A stretch of DNA of 64,000 bases, from assembly GCF_025526975.1 (NCBI RefSeq), contig NW_026515676.1, positions 682,001 through 746,000 on the forward strand. Direction: 5' to 3'. The translations under genes were made by a program, and so were the position numbers. Below the pieces are notes generated by a model that worked only from the letters and a program-made list of their open reading frames with translations, was not told where the DNA came from and ran no database searches. The DNA comes from Fimicolochytrium jonesii (lineage: Eukaryota). How positions within the stretch are numbered: the first letter of the stretch is position 1; every line of letters starts with the position of its first letter. Positions 57,565 through 64,000 of the stretch are shown here, one piece after another.

Positions 57565-60215
57565 ATGTTCCCAAACGCGAGATGGCTAGGCGACTCGCCG
57601 CAACTCGTCTCTGACGACGACGAAGCTGACGGCAGCGAGGGGGCGGTTGACGCCTTTCCTGCGCCAGGCGACGGTGGAGATGTTGAAGTTGGTAGTGGGG
57701 AGCTTGACGAAGCTGGGATGAACGAGACTGCGGACAGTGCGGCGGTTGACGGAGTCGGTGAAGAGGAAGATAGTGCAGAGGATGTAGACCCACCCGGAAC
57801 GCTTATTCCCCGAAAGCAAGGGGTGGGACGATCGCGGGAGTATGCAATGGCGACGACGACTGGGGAGGTCGATAACGACTTCGGAACCTTCGGCGCGGAT
57901 GACGAGGGGGAGGTTGAGGGTGGAGGTGGAGATGAGGGAGATTTTGGCGACGACGGGATGGAGGAGGAGGAGGAGGAGGAGGAGGATGAAGGTGGAGTTG
58001 GGCGTGGGCTACCGGGTGCAGAGGGTGAAGCTGAAACGGGAGATGCGACGGCGGACGAGGTGGCGACTAAGCGGTGAGTAGAGCCAAACGTTTCCGGCCG
58101 GGATGATGGGGTGAGAGCAAGTTTTACTGCATCATCCGTTTCCATACGCACGCAAACTCACATACCTCAACCACCCAGTATCCTAGTCCCCCGCCTCCAC
58201 CTCACACTCCTCACACTCACCTCCCCAACCCCACCCGCCCCAACAACCTCCCCAACCCCAACCCACTACCTCCTCCGCACAGAACTCGGCATCCTAAGCG
58301 GCTCCAAAAAAAAATTCAGCATCGCCTCCAGCGCCACATTCTCCCACCTCTTCCTCGACGTCGCGCGTGATTCCAGTGGGAAGGTGGTGGGGTGTGAGTT
58401 GAATGGTGCGAGTAGGGGCACGGATGTGAGTCCCGCGGGGAGGCTGTCTCCGCTTGTGAAGGAGTGGGGGGTTAGGGTTGTGATTTGGAAGAAAACGGTT
58501 GGATGTACGAGTACGTGGTTTTTGCCCCCATTGGCGTTGGGATGGGGGATTGTACATGGACTCTGATATTGATAACACCCTTCACTTTTCAGCATTCAAA
58601 ACCCGCGGCTATGGAACCGAGATGGCGCATTTCACGCTCGTCCGGCACGATAACGGGACTTATGGTGTCATCCCGGCTCTGCACACTGGGGATGACGACG
58701 CTCAACAGCCACCAGAGGAACGCCCAGCTGCAAGACCGTTGGGACCGCAGGAGTTTCGTGTGCGGATCAAGGGGGGGTGTAACCCGGTGCCGAGGAAGGG
58801 GGAGGAGAGGCCGTTGTTTGGGGGTGTGTGTGGGTTGGATGTGGAGGTGGAGTGGGAGGAGGTTAGGGTGCCAGTTGGGGTTGAGGAGGATGGGGAGGTG
58901 GAGTTGGAAGGTAGAAATGAGGAAGCGATGGATGTGGATGGGGACGAATTTCACGAGGTGGAAGAGGAGGTGGAAGAGGAGATGATTGATTATGAGATCC
59001 ATCAGCATGGGATCGAAGATGAAGGCGGGGACGCGGATATCGACAACTACATTGAAAACGAGGTCGATGGGACGCAAGGCCCTACGCGGGTGTTGGTGGT
59101 GGGCTCACCGAGAGCGTTGCGAAGGGCTGCTCGGAAGCGGTCCATCTCCTCACTAAGGGAGGAAAAGGAGGGTCCGCCAAGCCGAAACCTACGGCCGCGA
59201 ACTTCCGCAAGTGTTGGTATCTGTACGAATGTGGAGAAATTCGAGGACCATGAGCAATCTCAACCACATCGAAATCTACGGCCTCGAACTTCTGCTGGGA
59301 GTGGTATCTGCAAGGAGCCTGGTCCGTTGATTGTGGATGAGGAAGGGTTCGTGGAAGATGAGGAAATCATAGAGATCGTCGAAGCCCAACCCGACCGCCG
59401 ACGCCGCTCAGTAGCCCGCTCCGTGACGAACGATCCCGAACCCACACCCCAACGGACCCTCCGCCCGCGCTCATCCTCGGCGATCACGGTGGATACGAAA
59501 GACGGGATTGTGGAACTGGAAGCGGGGCGACACCGGGAGAGGGTGAATACTGAGAGGGCGAACGAGGAGAAGATGGCGGCGTATGATGTTGGGACAGTGC
59601 TTGATTATAGTCGGGGGTATCATACTGCGACGAATTTGCCGATCTTGGGCGGGGATGAGGAGGGGTATGATAGGTACGCGGTCTTACATCCTCTGAAGGT
59701 TCACGCTTCGTGATACTGATCGGTTCCTTTTTCGTTTTGTAGTGACGATCACATGAACATGGACTTCATGCTAGCCACCCAGGGCCAGGTAACGTATCGT
59801 CTCAACTACATCTCATTCTTGAACTCTCATTGACAACAAATATACAGAACCTCGACCGCCTTGCACCCACCCTCCCATTCACCCGCCGCGCCCTCTATCT
59901 CGCATGGAACAAGCACTGTTTAAGGGATAACCCGCTCGGGTCGTGTCATTTTGGGAAGTCTATGTTGAGATTTGTGAAATCTGTGAGTTTCCTCTCAACT
60001 ACTCGTTCACAGTCAACAATTCCAACGAGATGCTAACACGATCTCTCGATGACTTGAAGCTGCAACACTCGCACCACCTCTTCACGCACACGGACCTCGT
60101 CGAGCTGGTGTACGCGTTCAAGTGCGCGGATTTGATGAGTGCGGATGAGATTTATAGATGTTTGAGGGTGGCGAAGAGGATGCGGAGGGAGGCTGGGGCG
60201 GTCTCTCCGGGGTGA
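57565..60215 (+). CDS. Divergent SUZ12-like (VEFS-box) Polycomb protein, multi-exon
   Basis: C-terminal RGYHTATNLPI...YD|SDDHMNMDFM...|NLDRL...LYLAWNKH...MLRFVK...LMSADEIYRCL parallels the VEFS box pattern (YFHS..CLP...DSEDE...W.....LWN.H). No C2H2 finger seen. Confidence 0.55.
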
Positions 60216-60498
60216 GGTGGGGAGGTGGGTTGTGGGTGAGGCAGATATACACTGGGCGTTCTAGGCGGGTCTAAGAGGGGGTCTCACATTTTTGGGAAGG
60301 TTGTTTATGCGGCGTAGTGTTGGGTGGAGGGTCATGAGCTTATCGGTTGCTGTGCGTGCCATTGCGACGATGCATAATAATACTTAGCACGTCCATATGG
60401 TACTCAAGATAGCGATACTGTATGTGCGGGCTGGCGGCTGTCGGCTGTGATGCATGTCCGCTTTTCCCTTCAAATTCACCTCCTTCACGCGTAATACA

Positions 60499-60528
60499 AG
60501 GGTTAGGTTTAGGGTTAGGGTTAGGGTT
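60499..60528 (+). repeat. Interstitial telomeric repeat, five hexamers, flanked by ATACA direct repeats
   Basis: ATACA|AGGGTT AGGTTT AGGGTT AGGGTT AGGGTT|ATACA (flanks at 60494-60498 and 60529-60533). Confidence 0.92.
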
Positions 60529-60760
60529 ATACAGCTAGCAAATCCACAAAATCCCAGCTGTTTGTGGCCCCGTTCTCGCTACCATACCACGCCGAATGCA
60601 TCAGGCCAAATGGGTGTGGCGCACGATGTGAGAGCAAACCCCGCTTCTGCATCTCTACATACGGAATCATGCGCTTCAACCATATCAGACACTATCCTAT
60701 ACTAAAAAACACGGGATTGCCTATCACTACGTATGTATCGCGGAGACGCGTAGCTAATTA

Positions 60761-63626
60761 TCAACCCTCGAAAGCGATCTGTTTCGAGGTGTTGACGGTG
60801 AGGACGAACGCGCCAAGTTGCCCGGGCTCGAAGGTCGACGGGATGATTGTGTATGTTCCCGCTATAGACGCAAACAACCGTCAATGAGGAGAGCATTCTC
60901 CAGTGAAACCGCCGTTCCACATCCCGCAAATCACACTCACCCGCGAGTAACTCACACCTCAAAAAGCAAAACCCCTTCCGATAACTCCCGCTGCTCAATA
61001 CAACCTTATCCACCACCGCCGCATTCCCTCCACTCCCACTACCACCACCCCCAACATCCACATCCATCAACCCAGCCAGTACCTTCAGATTCACGCCATA
61101 CTCCTTCGGCGCCTCCAGCGTCGCTACAATCTCGATCGGTTCCATGGGCGGGATAGTGAGGACGTACCGTGGGTTGCGGGTGAAGGTGGGGTGGTTCATC
61201 GACCCGCCTGCTGACTTGCGCGTCCATTCGCCTAATGTTTGGTGCGAGAAGGTGCATTTGTCGGTGATGCGGGTGATGCGGAATGGTGACATGGCGTACA
61301 CCGTCAAGGTATATCTCAACGTGCGTTCAGACTTTTCATGCTGTGAGAGAACGACCGTGTAGTTGTTCAATCCGACGGGCGCCGTAAATTTGATGAGGAT
61401 GTGCGGGTTATTGATGTACGCGCCGCGAACGAACGGCGTGTCGGGGTAGTACACTCTCTCTCCACCGGTGTTGTCGTACACATGGAGGGTAAGATACTCG
61501 GTGCTTTCCTCGGTGACCGTGACGTGTTTCGTGAGGAGGATCCAGACGGCGGTGAGGCGCGTAAGCTGCACGTCGACTTGAAGGGAATATTGCGGGTTGC
61601 CGCTGAGGTTGAACGCGTCCTTGCGAGGGCCCGTGTTGGGCCAGGAAGCATGCAGTGAGTGGCGATGCCGCCACATGGAAGGGTTCCAGGAGACGTGGAT
61701 GGTTTCGAAGAGGGTGCTGATCGTGTCGAAGGGCAGGGCGTAGATTCCGTCTTGGGTGACTTTCGTGGTGGTTGCAGTTGCACTTCCCGCTGATGCTCGC
61801 CAAGGGTTCTTGAACTCCAGCATATCTCGCGGCGCGCCGTCAATGACGGCCGGGTATGCCTCGATTACAGCATACGCATGGCCCCGAATCAACTCCATCT
61901 GTTGGACGACCGCCCCATCGTCCGGCGCCGGCGCCGTCGCAATAGTAATCAACGCATTTCCCGTCCTCAATCCATCTCGCAAGCGCTGAAAGATCCGTTT
62001 GGCGCAAAACTGCGGGTCTTTGAAGAAAATGTTCTCGGGGATCCACCCCGTCATGGCGTGCAGATCGATGCCCGAGTTGGACCCGGGAAAGTCGTAGCCG
62101 CCCCAGACTTTCAGGTACGCTTTCTCGATGATGCTCGGCCATATATCGCCTCGGGAACTGAATGCGCAGAGAGGTTTGCATTGATGATCGACGGGTATCG
62201 TGTCGTCAACTATGACCTGAGTGGTACACGGAATGATCAGTATCATGAGAATGGGATGCTAGACAACACGACGTTCGCTTACCTGCCGGGCTACGCCGTT
62301 GATGATAAGCTTCAAAACATACTTTCCTTCCGGATTTACGACCGGATGGCCCTCCGAGTTCTGTGGATGTATGCATCCAACGACCACCTGGATGTTCATC
62401 GCTCAAAACCAAAGTCCTCAAAAACGCCGGGCCCAGCACGCGAAATGGCATGGATACCTTCTTCCCAAACTTCGCCTCGTAAGCGGAGCTTACAAGTAAG
62501 GAGGCCACGACTGAGCAGTCTGTTACAACATCCTTCGGGAGACGCAAATGTCAACTTAATACCAAGATAGATAACACTTTGGCAGAGCTAAGGATGATGG
62601 CCTACTTGATAGATGTCTCCAGGCTTCGCATCGGGTTCCACCATGCGCGACCGAATCTCGCCGGCCCTCTTCCAGCAGTGGAACCTGGGCTTCTGTTGCG
62701 CAGAAAGGCGTAACGGGCCGTCAGGATCACTATTCTCTTGTAGGTCAGCACTGCAACCGAAACTTGCGGAAAACAATGACAGAGGGCTCACCTGAAAACA
62801 TGCCCTGTACCGAAGTGTTCAGAGTAATCTAAGGGCAGCCAAGGTAGATAGATCCTGCCGTTGATAGTAGACGACTGTCTGAGCACGTCGATCTCATCGG
62901 ATTTCAAAGCGGGCCCGGATTGAGTGCCTGCAATGCATGAGGATCAGTGACGTGTTGCGCGAAGTCTCGAGTGGGAAAAGAAGCCACTAACATTGTTTCG
63001 GCGGGACTAGATCTAGACGGCGGAAAGGATGTTGCGATGAGCATGTATAACGGATGGTTACATGGGATGAGAACTCACCGCTCGGTATTTCCGTCAAGGA
63101 CGGTTGTCTCGAGAATGGAGGCTCATTTCCTAAGGTGATCTGGATGGAGCGAATATGATCAGTGTTGAATCCGGACGTTCGCTCGCTAGATAAGAAGCCT
63201 CAAACCAACCTTCGACCCCGCGGTAGACAACGAGGGCCGAGGTACCAAGCTCGATATCTGCTCCGCTCGGTGTGAATATTCCTCATACTTTTCGAGCAAG
63301 AAGCGGTTCTTTTGAGGATCGGTTTCGACTAGGGGAAAAGAAGAGAGGATGAGCCAGACACGACGGAAGCAGCCTTTGAGTGTTTTCATGATAATCCATA
63401 CGTTTCAAAAGTTTCAAGATGCCCTGCCAAAGATACGTGGATAAAAAGTGAGCGTTCAACAATCTCCATAGCCAGCTCTTAGGAGTCTCTCTACCTGCGA
63501 GGCCTGCGCATACAGTTCCTTGCTGTTCTTCCAGTTCCGTGCCGTATCCTCGCTCACTGCTTTTGCGGCCGCTGCAAAGGTCTCAATATACAAAGTTTTT
63601 AATTGCTGTTGCTTGTGGTCGCCCAT
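60761..63626 (-). CDS. palB: Calpain-7 / PalB (Rim13) cysteine protease with N-terminal MIT-like domain, multi-exon
   Basis: Q|DVVTDCS (Cys), GHAYAV (His), KNPW (Asn); EKAYLKVWGGYDFPGSNSGIDLH; NPQY domain-III motifs; YTIIPSTFEPG near the C-terminus. Confidence 0.92.
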
Positions 63627-64000
63627 CTACACGGTGAATAAGCGGTGTTGTGTTTCGGCCAGCGTAATAGTTCCAAGGACTCCGTCTTGCAAGGACAACC
63701 GTCACCCATAGTCGTGCAGGCAGAGAGTTGACAGGGTTGCGATTTTTCCCACGCTTTCAATGGCGGCGGAGAAAAGGCTTCCAAGCTAGTATGGACGCAG
63801 ATGAACACAGCCAAAGCCACGCGTGAGCATACCGTACAGTACAAGCGGAGGGAGGCCGGACTCGCACGGACGAGGCAATAATCAGGCCAATATCCTCGCT
63901 ATCCTAGCTCTCATGAAGCTCAGCACCAAGCGGCTAGCGCTAGAGGTATTGAATAACTTGCAGGCTTTCTGGCATCACCTTTCTCGGGGTGCAGCGTTGT

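Overview
Gene-dense, intron-rich eukaryotic DNA from a zoosporic (flagellated) fungus, most likely a chytrid: short GT-AG introns with CTAAC/CTGAC branch points, fungal PalB, and cilia/crawling genes (androglobin-like, AK5-like, MAK/ICK, CYRI). Bases 1-6.7 kb are an accessory/mobile zone: a perfect 250-bp tandem array, a Tc1-type DD34E transposon (TIRs, TA duplication, frameshifted transposase), a spliced PD-(D/E)XK-like nuclease gene and a third diverged TIR. About 17 host genes follow: PPR protein, MnSOD, a membrane protein, U1A/U2B'', TAF1A/Rrn11-like, four-domain adenylate kinase, CYRI/FAM49, BAP31-like, globin-less androglobin, Rieske oxygenase, MOCS2B, STRAD-like, MAK/ICK kinase, DNA ligase I, ALO-family FAD oxidase, SUZ12-like VEFS protein and calpain-7/PalB. 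The strongest unexplained signal is in the 15.7-20.5 kb gap. A TATA-led ~0.5-kb non-coding tract there is built from six tandem CGTG-loop-CACG-TTAAA hairpin/pseudoknot modules with a compensatory base-pair change, plus two duplicated T-loop modules. It is a candidate undescribed structured RNA. Two short interstitial telomeric arrays also occur, one with an exact 5-bp target-site duplication. All calls come from reading the sequence and recalled family motifs; no searches were run, and gene ends were spliced by eye.
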